A stretch of DNA of 37,407 nucleotides from NCBI GenBank assembly GCA_037441385.1, contig JBBISH010000060.1, forward strand, positions 1-37,407, given 5' to 3'. This DNA is from Myxococcales bacterium (GTDB taxonomy: Bacteria > Myxococcota_A > UBA9042). The position numbers were made by a program, and so were the translations under genes. The notes under the pieces are model-generated. The model saw only the letters and a program-made list of their open reading frames with translations. It did no database searches and had not been told where the DNA came from. Of the stretch, positions 9,233 to 19,108 are shown in pieces. Position 1 is the stretch's first letter. Every line of letters starts with the position of its first letter.

Positions 9233-9937
9233 ATGATGCGTAAGGCGATGTTCCAATGGATGATGGGCGCAGTGGTGATGGGCAGCGCGTTCGGCCTGGC
9301 CGGTTGCCATATCGAGACCTACAACGGCGAAGACATGTGCATGGGCGGCCCCAAGGGCGGCAGCGACGCCAAAGGCAGCAGCGCCGACACGGCCGAGGAC
9401 ACCTCGGACAAGCTGGTGGTCTGCACCCAGTTCTGCAACCACCTGTTCGGCTGCGGCAACGTGACGCCCACGGGCTATCCGGGCTGCCTGGACGACTGCG
9501 TCGACGCGTTTGACGCCGCCCCCAGCGTCACCCGCGCCGGCTGCAAGTGCGTGAGCAAGTCGAGCTGCAGCGCCAGCGGCACCTACGCTTGCCCCGGCGC
9601 CCCCGCCGGTACCGACAGCAGCAAGCCGACCTCGACCACCGGCGCCGACGCCGGCAGCACCGGCACTGACACCGCCGGAACCAGCACGGGTACGGGTAGC
9701 TCGGGCACCACGACCGGCACCTCGGCCTTCACCTGCAAGAAGAACCAGGACTGCGCCGCGGCCGAGGACTGCGTCGCCGGCTACTGCCTGCTGCGCTGCA
9801 AGGCATCGTGCGAGTGCCACACCAACGAAAGCTGCGTGGCCGGCTACTGCTCGCTCGCGTTGACGCCGCCGGCCAGCTGCCAAGTCGACTGCGAGTGCCC
9901 CGCGGGCCAGGCCTGCGTCAACAACGCCTGCAAGTAG
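9233..9937 (+). CDS. Cys-rich lipoprotein with Thr/Gly/Ser linker
   Basis: AGGAGG RBS at 9222-9227, lipobox LAGC, and three C-terminal C-x4-C-x5-C-x4-C repeats. Divergent from the ECF sigma gene. Confidence 0.8.
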   Translation: MMRKAMFQWMMGAVVMGSAFGLAGCHIETYNGEDMCMGGPKGGSDAKGSSADTAEDTSDKLVVCTQFCNHLFGCGNVTPTGYPGCLDDCVDAFDAAPSVTRAGCKCVSKSSCSASGTYACPGAPAGTDSSKPTSTTGADAGSTGTDTAGTSTGTGSSGTTTGTSAFTCKKNQDCAAAEDCVAGYCLLRCKASCECHTNESCVAGYCSLALTPPASCQVDCECPAGQACVNNACK

Positions 9938-9965
9938 CTAGAGTCCTTCAGCTACTGTGCGCGCT

Positions 9966-10130
9966 CTAGAGCACCGATCAGAAACCCAGTCCTGGGGGCA
10001 AACGTCGCGGCGGGTCGCGGCCGTGCTGGGCATCTTGGGGCCCGCATGCGACCCACTGAGCATCAACGAGTTTTCGTCAGCGAGTGGTCTCGTTGCTCTG
10101 GACCTCGTAGATTTGTGATTGGTGTTCTAG
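9966..10130. mobile_element. MITE-like element A, copy 2 (direct orientation relative to copy 1)
   Basis: Same TIRs and CTAG ends. The core gcgacccactgagcatcaacgagttttcgtcagcgagtggtc is identical to copy 1; the left half is more diverged. Confidence 0.8.
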
Positions 10131-10655
10131 CGGGTGATCGGGACGCATCGGTCGATCCTTGGGCCGCGCAAAGTAAGGTCGGGCCACGCCAAACGTCTTC
10201 TCGGGCCCGTCCGCCATCCCCCACTTCAAACCGAACAGCTCGATCTCGCCCACACCTTGCGCGACGAGCAACTGCCCATAGGCCCCATAGTGGTGGGTTG
10301 GCAGCGGCTCCTTGGCGGGATTGACGTGCGGCTCTACCGCAGCACAGATGCCCAGCTTGGTGCCGCACGGCACAAAGACCTCGGCAAAGAACTCGCCGTC
10401 GCCCAAGGCTGGCGTGCGGGCCAGGATGCGGGCGTCGGGCAAGCTACAGTCGCCTTCACTCACGTAGGTTACGATGGCGCGGTTGCCAGTCACGGTCTCG
10501 CTCACCCGCCCGGCTAGTTCGACCTCGCAGACCTCCATGCCTGCGGGCGGACCGTCTGGGTACTGCGGGACTGCAGCCACCGGCGCAGGCCGCGGCGAGC
10601 GGCACGCCAACGACAAAAGCACCACGACGGCGCCACAGAAAAGCGATTTATTCAC
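10077..10655 (-). CDS. Hypothetical lipoprotein whose C-terminus reads into MITE A copy 2
   Basis: Signal peptide with lipobox-like SLAC. The last ~17 codons and the stop lie inside the repeat. Confidence 0.65.
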   Translation of the reverse strand: MNKSLFCGAVVVLLSLACRSPRPAPVAAVPQYPDGPPAGMEVCEVELAGRVSETVTGNRAIVTYVSEGDCSLPDARILARTPALGDGEFFAEVFVPCGTKLGICAAVEPHVNPAKEPLPTHHYGAYGQLLVAQGVGEIELFGLKWGMADGPEKTFGVARPYFARPKDRPMRPDHPLEHQSQIYEVQSNETTR

Positions 10656-10687
10656 TGGGACTTACCCCGCAGCAAGGGGACCGGACG

Positions 10688-13600
10688 CTAGTTCTGCCAG
10701 TAGACCTTGAAGTTGTCCAAAGTCGGCCGAACGTCCACGTTGTTGGTAATCAAGTAGACCTGCACTTGCAGGTAGCGCTTCTGGCCAAAATTGCAGGCTT
10801 TCAAGTCGATCGGCGACTGTTCGGGCGGGACACACCACGTCGCGCCTTCGATGGCTTCGATCGCCGCAGAGGCGCGGAAACGCAAGCGAATACGCGTACC
10901 GCTGGGGACGTCGCTGTCGTACGTGGCCTGCTGCCACTGCGCAGTGGCGGCCGCACCGTCGAAATTCGCAGTCCAAATGCCAAACTGGCCATTGTGCGTC
11001 GTCACGTTCTTCAGCATCGCCCCCGTCCAGTCCGAGTAGGTGTATGGGTTGGTGCCGTACAGGTCGGCCACCAACTCGGTGGCGCCCGTGTCCTTGTTGA
11101 TTCGCGCAACTTTGCTGGTGCAGGTGCTGGTCACCCACAACCGCCCATTGGCGTCCATCGAGATCCCCAGCGCGCCGCCGCCAAAGGGGGCCCCGATCTT
11201 GTAGAGCCCAAGGAACTTGCCGGTTGTCTTCTGGAATTTGGCCACATAGCTCTCGCCCGCGGCGCAGGCGTCGTTGTTGTAGCGCCCCACCGCGCCCCAC
11301 ACGTTGCCGTCGACGTCTACGGCCATACCGCGCGCGCACCACTGGTTGGCGGTGGGCAGCCCCTCGATGTTGCGGGCGGTGAGGGCCTTGGTCTTCTTGT
11401 CGATTTGCAGCACTTGCGGGGTGCACCACGAGGCGAACCACGGGTTGCTGTCGCCATCAACCACCACGCCGTAGGTGTTGTTGTTGCGCGCCACCGAGTC
11501 GACCAACTTGCCCGTCTTGGTGTTGAACGATCGCAGCGGCTCGGTGGGGCCGTTGGGGCTGCTGATCCACAAAAGGCCCGTGTTATCGATGGCAAAGCCG
11601 TACGGGCTCGCGCCAGCGGGGACGCTGTAGTCGGCCACAGTCTTGCACGCGAGCGGGTCGATCTTGTGGATGCGCGCGTCGTTCCAGGTGCCCAGCCACA
11701 CATAGCCCTGATCGTCCACCGCGATGGCGCGCACGAACGGCAGCGGTGCGCCGTCGGCCGCGTTGCCCACCAGGCAGCCCAAGGTGCCGTCGCTGTTCAA
11801 CTGGGCGACATTGCTGCACTTAGGGTTGGTGGGGTCGCCCGGGCAGCGGTTGCCGATCCAGAACGTGTCGTCCAACCCTACCGCGCCGCGCGACGGGTTG
11901 CTGCCGAACGACGGGAACACGCTCATCAATTTGCCGGATCCCGTGTCCAGACGGTTGATGAGGTTGCTGTCGTGCGCGGCGATCCACACCTTGGGGGTGG
12001 CGACCTCGTTCTTGCCGCCCACGTTCGACACGGTGCTGATACCCGAACCCGACGCCTCGATCTTGCTGACCGATCCGGTGGTGACGAACTTGTTGCCGCT
12101 GACCTCGGCCAGATTGCACAACTTTCCGCAATCTGGGCAGATCTTGCTACCGTCGGTGGTGTAGCAGAAGCCGCCACAGCACACCTGGCCGCTGCCGCAG
12201 ACGTTGCCGCACGAACCGCAGTTGTTGGGGTCGGTTGCGTAGCTGGCGCCAATCACAGGCTTGGCTCCGCAGCAGACCTGGCCCGTGCCCACCGGTTGGT
12301 TGCAGGCGCCGCAGTGGGCCGACGAGGTGGTCAGGTCCTGCTCGCAGCCGTCGTCGGGGTTGCCGTTGCAGTCGCCCCAGCCATCTTCGCACGCCGTAAC
12401 GACGCACTTGCCCTGTTGGCAAGAGGGCTTGGCCTTGAACAGCGTGCAGACCTTGTTGCAGGCGCCGCAGTGCAAACCGCTGGAGTTGAGCTCGATCTCG
12501 CAACCGTTGGCGGATTGTCCGTCGCAGTTGGCAAACCCGTCGCTGCACTTGGTGACCTCGCACTGGCCAGCGAGGCACGCGGGGGCAACGGCATTGGCCA
12601 GTTGGCACACTTGGCCGCAATCGCCGCAGTTGTTGGGATCGTGGTCGGGGTCGATACAGACGGTGCCGCAGCCGACTAGCGGCAACTTGCAGCTCGACAG
12701 GCACTTGCCCTTGACGCACAGCTCGCCGGCGCTGCACGCGGTGTCGCAGTCGCCGCAGTGGTCGTGGTCGATCTGCGGGTCCGAGCAAGCGCCGCCGCAA
12801 TTGACCTGACTAGCCGGGCAGTCGGGCGTGCACTTGCTGTTGACGCAAATTTGCCCAGACGGGCACTGCTTGTCGCAGCCGCCGCAGTGCAATTCGTCGG
12901 TTTTTAGGTTGGCGCAGACGCCTGCACACTCGTCCATGCCCTGCTGGCAGGTGAGCTGGCAGCTGCCGCCCTGGCAGACGTGGCCAATCGGGCAAGGTTG
13001 GTCGCAATCCCCGCAGTTGGCGTTGTTGGTCGACACGTCGACGCAAGTGCCGTTGCAGTTGCTCAGGCCCGGTTGGCAGTCCAAGACGCACTTGCCGCTC
13101 TTGCACTGCTGGCCCGAACTGCACGCCGTCTCGCAGTCGCCGCAGTGCTGGGGATTGCTGGCAAAGTCCACGCAAGTACCCGCGCAGACTTCAAATCCGG
13201 TCTGGCACGACAGCTTGCACTTGCCCGCAAGGCATTTCTCGCCGGGCGCGCACACGGTGCTGCAGTTGCCGCAGTGAAGCGGGTCGCTCGCCAGGTCGGC
13301 GCACAAGCCGTCTTCGCAGCCCGTCATGGTGCCGGGGCACGCCAAACTGCAGGCACCGCCTACGCATACGCTGCCCGTGGCGCAGGGCTGGTAGCAGTCG
13401 CCGCAGTGGGTCAGGTCGGTCTTGGGATTGACGCACAACCCTTCGCAATCCTTAAGACCCTCTTGGCACGAGACCGTGCATTTGCCGCCGGAGCACAGCT
13501 CGCCAGCTTTGCACGCGATGGCGCAGTCGCCACAGTGGCTCGGGTCCTCTTTAGGGTCGGTGCACTTGCCGCCGCACTCGATCTGGCCGGTCGCACAGTT

Positions 13601-14371
13601 GCTGGTGCACTTGCCCTTGCTGCAGACCTGGCCGGGGTCGCAAACCGTGGTGCAGTCGCCGCAGTGATTCAGATCGTTGTCCAGATCGACGCACGCCGAG
13701 GCACACTCGGCCATGCCCACCTGGCAAGTCGGGGTGCACTTGGCGTTTACGCACCAATTGCCGGCCGGGCAAGGTTTGTCGCAGCCGCCGCAGTTGCTCA
13801 CGTCGGTCGACAGGTCGACGCATTTTTCGCCGCACTGCTCTTGGCCGCCGGTGCACGGCAGCTTGCACTTGCCGGCGCTGCAGACTTCTTCGCCCACGCA
13901 GGCGGTGTCGCAGGTGCCGCAATGCTTGGGGTCGGCCTGCAGGTTGGTGCACGCATCGCCGCAGGGTACGTCGCCGTCGATGCAGTTCAAGACACACTTG
14001 CTGTTCTGGCACAGGCTGCCCTTGGCGCACGCGTTCGAGCAAGTGCCGCAATGGGCCGAGTCGGTGCGAAGATCCGCGCACAGCCCGCCGCAATCGATGA
14101 GCGGCTCGGCACAGAACAGCTCGCACTTGCCAGCCGAGCAGTACTGTCCGGTGGCGCAACCGTGGCTGCATTCGCCGCAGTTGATCGGGTCGGCCTTGGG
14201 GTCGATGCACAACTCGCCGCAGCGCAGCCGACCGGCCGGGCACGGCACGCCGGTGGTGGCCCACGGGTGGGTGCTGGCGCCGTCGCCGCAGGCGATGAGG
14301 AGCAGGGTGCAAGCAAGGCCAAGCAGCAGGTGGCTCCAGGCCGAGTTGGAGGTGCGGGTTGCGTTCGCCAC
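10688..14371 (-). CDS. Large Cys-rich repeat lipoprotein (about 16 D/NxxN/HCGxC repeats, MXAN_6577/Stig1-like) with C-terminal beta-propeller-like domain
   Basis: GTG at 14371 with GAGGA upstream, lipobox LIAC, repeated C-x-D-x3-D-x2-[NH]CG-x-C units, then propeller-type repeats (IAVDDQGYVW, FAIDNTGLLW, VVVDGDSNPW, MAVDVDGNVW, ISMDANGRLW). Confidence 0.85.
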   Translation of the reverse strand: MANATRTSNSAWSHLLLGLACTLLLIACGDGASTHPWATTGVPCPAGRLRCGELCIDPKADPINCGECSHGCATGQYCSAGKCELFCAEPLIDCGGLCADLRTDSAHCGTCSNACAKGSLCQNSKCVLNCIDGDVPCGDACTNLQADPKHCGTCDTACVGEEVCSAGKCKLPCTGGQEQCGEKCVDLSTDVSNCGGCDKPCPAGNWCVNAKCTPTCQVGMAECASACVDLDNDLNHCGDCTTVCDPGQVCSKGKCTSNCATGQIECGGKCTDPKEDPSHCGDCAIACKAGELCSGGKCTVSCQEGLKDCEGLCVNPKTDLTHCGDCYQPCATGSVCVGGACSLACPGTMTGCEDGLCADLASDPLHCGNCSTVCAPGEKCLAGKCKLSCQTGFEVCAGTCVDFASNPQHCGDCETACSSGQQCKSGKCVLDCQPGLSNCNGTCVDVSTNNANCGDCDQPCPIGHVCQGGSCQLTCQQGMDECAGVCANLKTDELHCGGCDKQCPSGQICVNSKCTPDCPASQVNCGGACSDPQIDHDHCGDCDTACSAGELCVKGKCLSSCKLPLVGCGTVCIDPDHDPNNCGDCGQVCQLANAVAPACLAGQCEVTKCSDGFANCDGQSANGCEIELNSSGLHCGACNKVCTLFKAKPSCQQGKCVVTACEDGWGDCNGNPDDGCEQDLTTSSAHCGACNQPVGTGQVCCGAKPVIGASYATDPNNCGSCGNVCGSGQVCCGGFCYTTDGSKICPDCGKLCNLAEVSGNKFVTTGSVSKIEASGSGISTVSNVGGKNEVATPKVWIAAHDSNLINRLDTGSGKLMSVFPSFGSNPSRGAVGLDDTFWIGNRCPGDPTNPKCSNVAQLNSDGTLGCLVGNAADGAPLPFVRAIAVDDQGYVWLGTWNDARIHKIDPLACKTVADYSVPAGASPYGFAIDNTGLLWISSPNGPTEPLRSFNTKTGKLVDSVARNNNTYGVVVDGDSNPWFASWCTPQVLQIDKKTKALTARNIEGLPTANQWCARGMAVDVDGNVWGAVGRYNNDACAAGESYVAKFQKTTGKFLGLYKIGAPFGGGALGISMDANGRLWVTSTCTSKVARINKDTGATELVADLYGTNPYTYSDWTGAMLKNVTTHNGQFGIWTANFDGAAATAQWQQATYDSDVPSGTRIRLRFRASAAIEAIEGATWCVPPEQSPIDLKACNFGQKRYLQVQVYLITNNVDVRPTLDNFKVYWQN

Positions 14372-14459
14372 GGCGGGTCCTCGGGCGCCGAATGAGCGCC
14401 GCCAAGTGCCATAGGATGCGACGGTTACGCGACCGGTACAACTGCGATCGGTCTTAGGG

Positions 14460-16028
14460 CTACCTCTCCCCCGTCGCCGGCCACAGCCCGTGCTTGTTCG
14501 CCGCTGCCAGCGCCGCGCGTTCCTCTTTGGGATCGCGAGCATCCAACGCGGCCAGCGCCCGCCGCCACGCCGTGGAGCCACCGCCATTGCGCGCCGCCTC
14601 GATCGCCGCTAACCCGGTGGCAAGTCCGCCCTGGCTCAGGCGATATTCCACCCAGGCCCACTTGGGGGCGTCAAAGCGCACGTCGACCCGCTCGGCCAGC
14701 GCGGCCTGAATGCGCCGCAAGGTGGCCTGGGTCTGCTCGGGGTCGGCAAATTCAGCGGCGGCCAGCGGCGTGTGGAGCTTGGGCACGAACGGCGACAACG
14801 TAGTCGCCGTGCGCACTTGCGTAGACAGGCGCCGGCTGAAGTCGATGAGTTCGTCCACATCCGCCGCCTCTTCGCCCGGCAAGCCGATGATGACGTACAT
14901 CTTGAAGCCGTTCATGCCGACGCGGCGGGCCTGCAGGGCCGCACCCCACAAGTGTCGTTCGCGGATGCCTTTTTTCAGCTTGCCCCGCAGGCGTTGGCTC
15001 GGTGCGTCCGAGGCGACGGTCATGGTGCGATAGCCACCCTGGTACAGCAGGTCGGCGAATTCGTCGTCCTCGTCCAAGCGGTCGGCCCGCAGGCTAGAAA
15101 TCCCAAAGGTCTTCCCGCGTTCGATGATGGCCCGCATAGCGCCCTTGATCGGCCCCCAGTCGCTCACGGCCGCGCCCACCAAGCCCACCCGGGGACTAGC
15201 TGCAAATTCAGGGCGATCCAAAGCCGCCACCACCCTATCCAGCTCGGGTTCGCGCATGGGCGCCAACGGCGCACGCACCACGCAGAAGGTGCAGTAGCGC
15301 GGGCAGCCGCGGCTGGCTTCCAGCAGCATCATGTCGCTGAACTCGGCATTCGGGCTACGGAATTGACCCAGGGCCGGCAGACACTCCGGGCCTACCGATC
15401 GCTGCGCCGGTACTGCATCGCCCTGCAGCAGGGGCACCCACAAGCCCGGCACCTCGGCCGCCCAGCGGCGCAGCTCGGCGCGCGACGGACGTTCGGCCAA
15501 AATGTCGGCTAGTTGTGTGACGACCTGATCCGCCTCGCCCATCACCACCACGTCGGCAAACACGCCCAGTGGCAGCACATTCGAGGTCGTAACCGGGCCG
15601 CCCACGATCAGCGGCGGCGCCGACTCGGGGCGCTCACTCGCCAGCGGCGACAGGCCACAAGCCTGTAACATCAGGGCAAGATTGGCCAGGTCCAGCTCGT
15701 AGGCCAACGAGACCAGAATCGCGTCGTACTCGTCCAGGCGCTTGCCATACTCCAGCGAGCGAATCGGCGGAAGGGGCCCGCGCCCTGGCGGCGGTTCGTA
15801 GACGGCGCGATGGCAAGCCAGGTCGTCGCGCTGGTTCAGGTCGCGGTAGATGACCTGAAACCCCAGACTCGACGCCGCCACGCGGTACGAATTGGCATAG
15901 CACAGAACGACTTCGGCCGGGGCCCGCCGCCAGAACGTACCGACTTCGCCGGCCAGCAAGGGCGAACCTGGGGTCGCTTGCGGACGGGTGGCTTTCTTTT
16001 CGGCGGGTTTGGGTGAGCGGCGGGGCAT
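14460..16028 (-). CDS. Radical SAM protein with B12-binding-like N-terminal domain
   Basis: EASRGCPRYCTFC motif, N-terminal YANSYRVAASSLG and IVGGP...DVVVMGEA, plus YVIIGLPGE and FVPKLHTP. Start taken at ATG 16028; 16058 is the alternative. Confidence 0.85.
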   Translation of the reverse strand: MPRRSPKPAEKKATRPQATPGSPLLAGEVGTFWRRAPAEVVLCYANSYRVAASSLGFQVIYRDLNQRDDLACHRAVYEPPPGRGPLPPIRSLEYGKRLDEYDAILVSLAYELDLANLALMLQACGLSPLASERPESAPPLIVGGPVTTSNVLPLGVFADVVVMGEADQVVTQLADILAERPSRAELRRWAAEVPGLWVPLLQGDAVPAQRSVGPECLPALGQFRSPNAEFSDMMLLEASRGCPRYCTFCVVRAPLAPMREPELDRVVAALDRPEFAASPRVGLVGAAVSDWGPIKGAMRAIIERGKTFGISSLRADRLDEDDEFADLLYQGGYRTMTVASDAPSQRLRGKLKKGIRERHLWGAALQARRVGMNGFKMYVIIGLPGEEAADVDELIDFSRRLSTQVRTATTLSPFVPKLHTPLAAAEFADPEQTQATLRRIQAALAERVDVRFDAPKWAWVEYRLSQGGLATGLAAIEAARNGGGSTAWRRALAALDARDPKEERAALAAANKHGLWPATGER

Positions 16029-16215
16029 AGGGCGGTCGTCCCGCACGGGCGGGGCCACGACGATAGCATGGCTGAAGGCACCAGGGCAGCCTTTGTCGCA
16101 AAACTGTCATGGCGGCATATCGTCCGCCAGCCAGCGGGTTTACGCTTCCTGGGATTCTTCGCCAACCCTTCCGGTTCGATTCAGCGCGCGTGGCCAGCGC
16201 GCCCAGGTGGTGCCC

Positions 16216-17742
16216 ATGGACTCCCGCAGTAGCTTCTTTCGCAGCATGTTCATCGCCGCCGGCCTGTTCTGCGCCCTGTTCGCTGCGGAATTCGCGATGG
16301 AATACATCCGCTTGGGCCAACCTAGCCTGGCCGACATGTCGTGGGCCGATGCCAACAACGCCAAGATCGTCGACATCCTGTCGCCCATGGCGCGCGCCTA
16401 CAACAACATCCTGGCCATGCTCATCGCCACGATTGGCCTCGCGATCCCCCTGACCGCGAACATGCACACGCCCAAGCTGATCGACATGTTCCTGCGCGAT
16501 CGCACCAACCGCTTCATGTTGTTCGCGTGCGCTTTTGGCGCCGCCAACGTGCTGTTTGCCGACTGGCTGGTGGGCCCCAAGTTCGCGACCATGTGGACTT
16601 TCCGCATCTCGGTCATCGGCGCGATCCTGGGCTGGATCGCCCTGGTACCGTACTTCTTCTACGTGGTGCGGTTTCTGGACCCGTCCAACATCCTGGCGCG
16701 CCTGAAGGATCAGACCTGCGAAGCGCTGGCCGACGTGCAGAGCGGCAAGCTCCAGCCCAACAAGGGCCAAGTCATCGTCCACGAGCGCCTGAACCAAATC
16801 GGTACGATCATCCTCAAGAGCATCGACCGCGCCGATCGCAGCGTGGTGACCGAAGGCGTGTGGACGCTCAAGCAAATCCTGGACGTCTACGGAGAAACCA
16901 AGGCCAAGATGCCGCAGGACTGGTTCCGCGTCGATCGCCAGGACTTCGTGGGTATGTCGTCAGAAGCCCTGGAATTGCTGAACGAAGACGGCACGTGGTT
17001 CGAGATGAAGGTCATGGGCCAGATGTATCTGGCCTACCAACAGGCGCTGTCCAAGTCGACCGATGCCGTGTCGTGGATCAGCGACGCTTCGCGCGTCATC
17101 GGCACGCTGGCGCATCAGCGCGGCGATCGGCGCGCCGCCGGGCTCATCGTCAAATTCTTTAACAATTACCTGCGCGAAGCCATCAAGCGCAAGGACATGC
17201 ACGCGCTGTACGATCTGTACTATCAGTACCGCTGCCTGGGCCGCGACACCAGCAGCGATGCCGAGCTGGTCCGCAAAATCGGTGGATTCCTGCGGATCTA
17301 CAGCCTGGCCGCGGGCAATGCCGGCTTGACGTTTGCCGCCCACATGGCCGCTTTTGACTTGGGCTGGCTGGTCCGGCGCGCCTACGACAATAGCTGCGAG
17401 GCGGCAGCGGATTTGCTTGGCGAGATGCTTCGCTTTGATCACATGGCGGGCGGCAAGCCGCAGCCGATGCTGGTCGAAGCCAAGGTGATTCTGGGCGCCG
17501 GTTTGGCCGAAGGCGGTCGCGTCGCCGAGTCCGAGCTGGTGCGCGCCAACTTGAGCAACGTGCCGGCGAGCGTGGTGGGCGATGTGGCCAAGACGCTGTT
17601 GGAAAATACCGAGCGGTCGTTCTACGAAGTAACGGATCGGCAAGTCAATTTCGAATTCGTACCGCCCGCGCGCCGGCCCCACGTCAAAGCCCTGGTCGAG
17701 CAGTTGGCGGCGGCCCGCGCCGACGAAGCCGCTCTCGCCTGA
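16216..17742 (+). CDS. Predicted membrane protein (DUF2254-like)
   Basis: Four N-terminal hydrophobic segments with the pattern AIPLTANMHTPKLIDMFLRD, followed by a helical soluble domain. Confidence 0.65.
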   Translation: MDSRSSFFRSMFIAAGLFCALFAAEFAMEYIRLGQPSLADMSWADANNAKIVDILSPMARAYNNILAMLIATIGLAIPLTANMHTPKLIDMFLRDRTNRFMLFACAFGAANVLFADWLVGPKFATMWTFRISVIGAILGWIALVPYFFYVVRFLDPSNILARLKDQTCEALADVQSGKLQPNKGQVIVHERLNQIGTIILKSIDRADRSVVTEGVWTLKQILDVYGETKAKMPQDWFRVDRQDFVGMSSEALELLNEDGTWFEMKVMGQMYLAYQQALSKSTDAVSWISDASRVIGTLAHQRGDRRAAGLIVKFFNNYLREAIKRKDMHALYDLYYQYRCLGRDTSSDAELVRKIGGFLRIYSLAAGNAGLTFAAHMAAFDLGWLVRRAYDNSCEAAADLLGEMLRFDHMAGGKPQPMLVEAKVILGAGLAEGGRVAESELVRANLSNVPASVVGDVAKTLLENTERSFYEVTDRQVNFEFVPPARRPHVKALVEQLAAARADEAALA

Positions 17743-17881
17743 GCAACCTCCGATCCATGGCCGTTTCGTGACGCAAATCGACGTGCTCGCCACCGGTGCG
17801 ATCGACTAGCGCGCGCGTCGACGCTACACTCTTGCCCCCGTGCGACCCGCAGTCGCGCCAACCTACGCTGGAGGCCTCGCC

Positions 17882-19072
17882 ATGAAACCGCAGAAGAACA
17901 TCGTGCTCGTTGCCGGCAAACGTACTCCTTTTGGGGCGTTTTGCGGCTCGCTCAAGGACCAGACTGCCACCGACCTGGCCGTGGGCGCCAGCAAGGCTAC
18001 CTTGGCGTCGATTGGCTGTGATCCCGCCAAGATCGACGCTGTCGTGTTTGGCAACGTCTGCCAGACTGCGGCCGACGCCATCTACCTGGCGCGCCACATC
18101 GGCCTGCGCTCCGGCTGCCGCGTGGAAGTGCCGGCCTTGACCGTGCAGCGCCTGTGCGGCTCGGGCTTCGAGGCCATCATCCAGGCGGCACAACTGATTG
18201 AACTGGGCGAAGGCGAAGTGATCCTGTGCGGCGGCACCGAGTCGATGTCGCAAGCGCCCCACGTGGTGCGCGGCGCCCGCAACGGCGTGCCGTTTGGCAA
18301 GGGCCCGCTGCTCGAAGACTCGCTGTGGTCGTGCCTGCTGGACAGCATGACCGGCCTGATGATGGCCAACACGGCGGAGAAGCTGGCGCGCACCCACGAA
18401 ATCAAGCGCGAAGACGTGGACGCGTTTGCCCTGCAAGGCCAGCAGCGCTACCAGGCCGCCCTGGCCGCCGGAATCTACAACGACGAAATCGCCCCGTACG
18501 AAGTGCAGACCCGCAAGGGCCCGCAACTCGTCAGCAAAGACGAGCACCCCAAGCCGGACACGACGCTGGAAGGCTTGGCCAAGCTGAAGGCCGCGTTCGA
18601 GAAGGACGGCGTCGTCACCGCCGGCAACGCCTCGGGCATCGTCGACGGCGCCGCGGCCCTGGTCGTGACCACCGCCGAGCGCGCCAAGGCCGAAGGGTGG
18701 CCGGTGATCGCCCGCTTCGTCGCGTCGGCCAGCGTCGGCTGCGATCCGACCGTGATGGGCATCGGCCCGGTGCCGGCCGTGCGCGCGGCCTTGGCCAAGG
18801 CCGGACTGGGCCTGGGCGACATCAGCTTCTTCGAAGTCAACGAAGCGTTTGGCGCGCAGTACTTGGCGGTCGAGAAGGACCTGGGCTTGCCCCGCGACAA
18901 GACCAACATCCATGGCGGCGCGATTGCCCTGGGCCACCCGCTGGCCGCCTCGGGCGCGCGCATTACCTTGCATCTGGCGCTGCACCTGCAGCGTACCGGC
19001 GAAAAGTACGCCGTGGGCTCGGCCTGCATTGGCGGCGGTCAGGGTACCGCCATCGTGCTGGCCAAGAACTAG
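17882..19072 (+). CDS. Acetyl-CoA C-acyltransferase (thiolase)
   Basis: RTPFG, RLCGSG (catalytic Cys), GGTESMS, TAGNASG, EVNEAF, GGAIALGHPLAASG, CIGGGQG. GGAGG RBS. Confidence 0.96.
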   Translation: MKPQKNIVLVAGKRTPFGAFCGSLKDQTATDLAVGASKATLASIGCDPAKIDAVVFGNVCQTAADAIYLARHIGLRSGCRVEVPALTVQRLCGSGFEAIIQAAQLIELGEGEVILCGGTESMSQAPHVVRGARNGVPFGKGPLLEDSLWSCLLDSMTGLMMANTAEKLARTHEIKREDVDAFALQGQQRYQAALAAGIYNDEIAPYEVQTRKGPQLVSKDEHPKPDTTLEGLAKLKAAFEKDGVVTAGNASGIVDGAAALVVTTAERAKAEGWPVIARFVASASVGCDPTVMGIGPVPAVRAALAKAGLGLGDISFFEVNEAFGAQYLAVEKDLGLPRDKTNIHGGAIALGHPLAASGARITLHLALHLQRTGEKYAVGSACIGGGQGTAIVLAKN

Positions 19073-19108
19073 CCACACGGCCTGCCCTTTCGCCAAAGGC
19101 TCCTGCTT

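Noticed and set aside
14372..14587. N-terminal extension of the 1299-aa ORF
   Set aside because: It overlaps the 3' end of the upstream radical SAM gene. The RBS, GTG and signal peptide fit a start at 14371.
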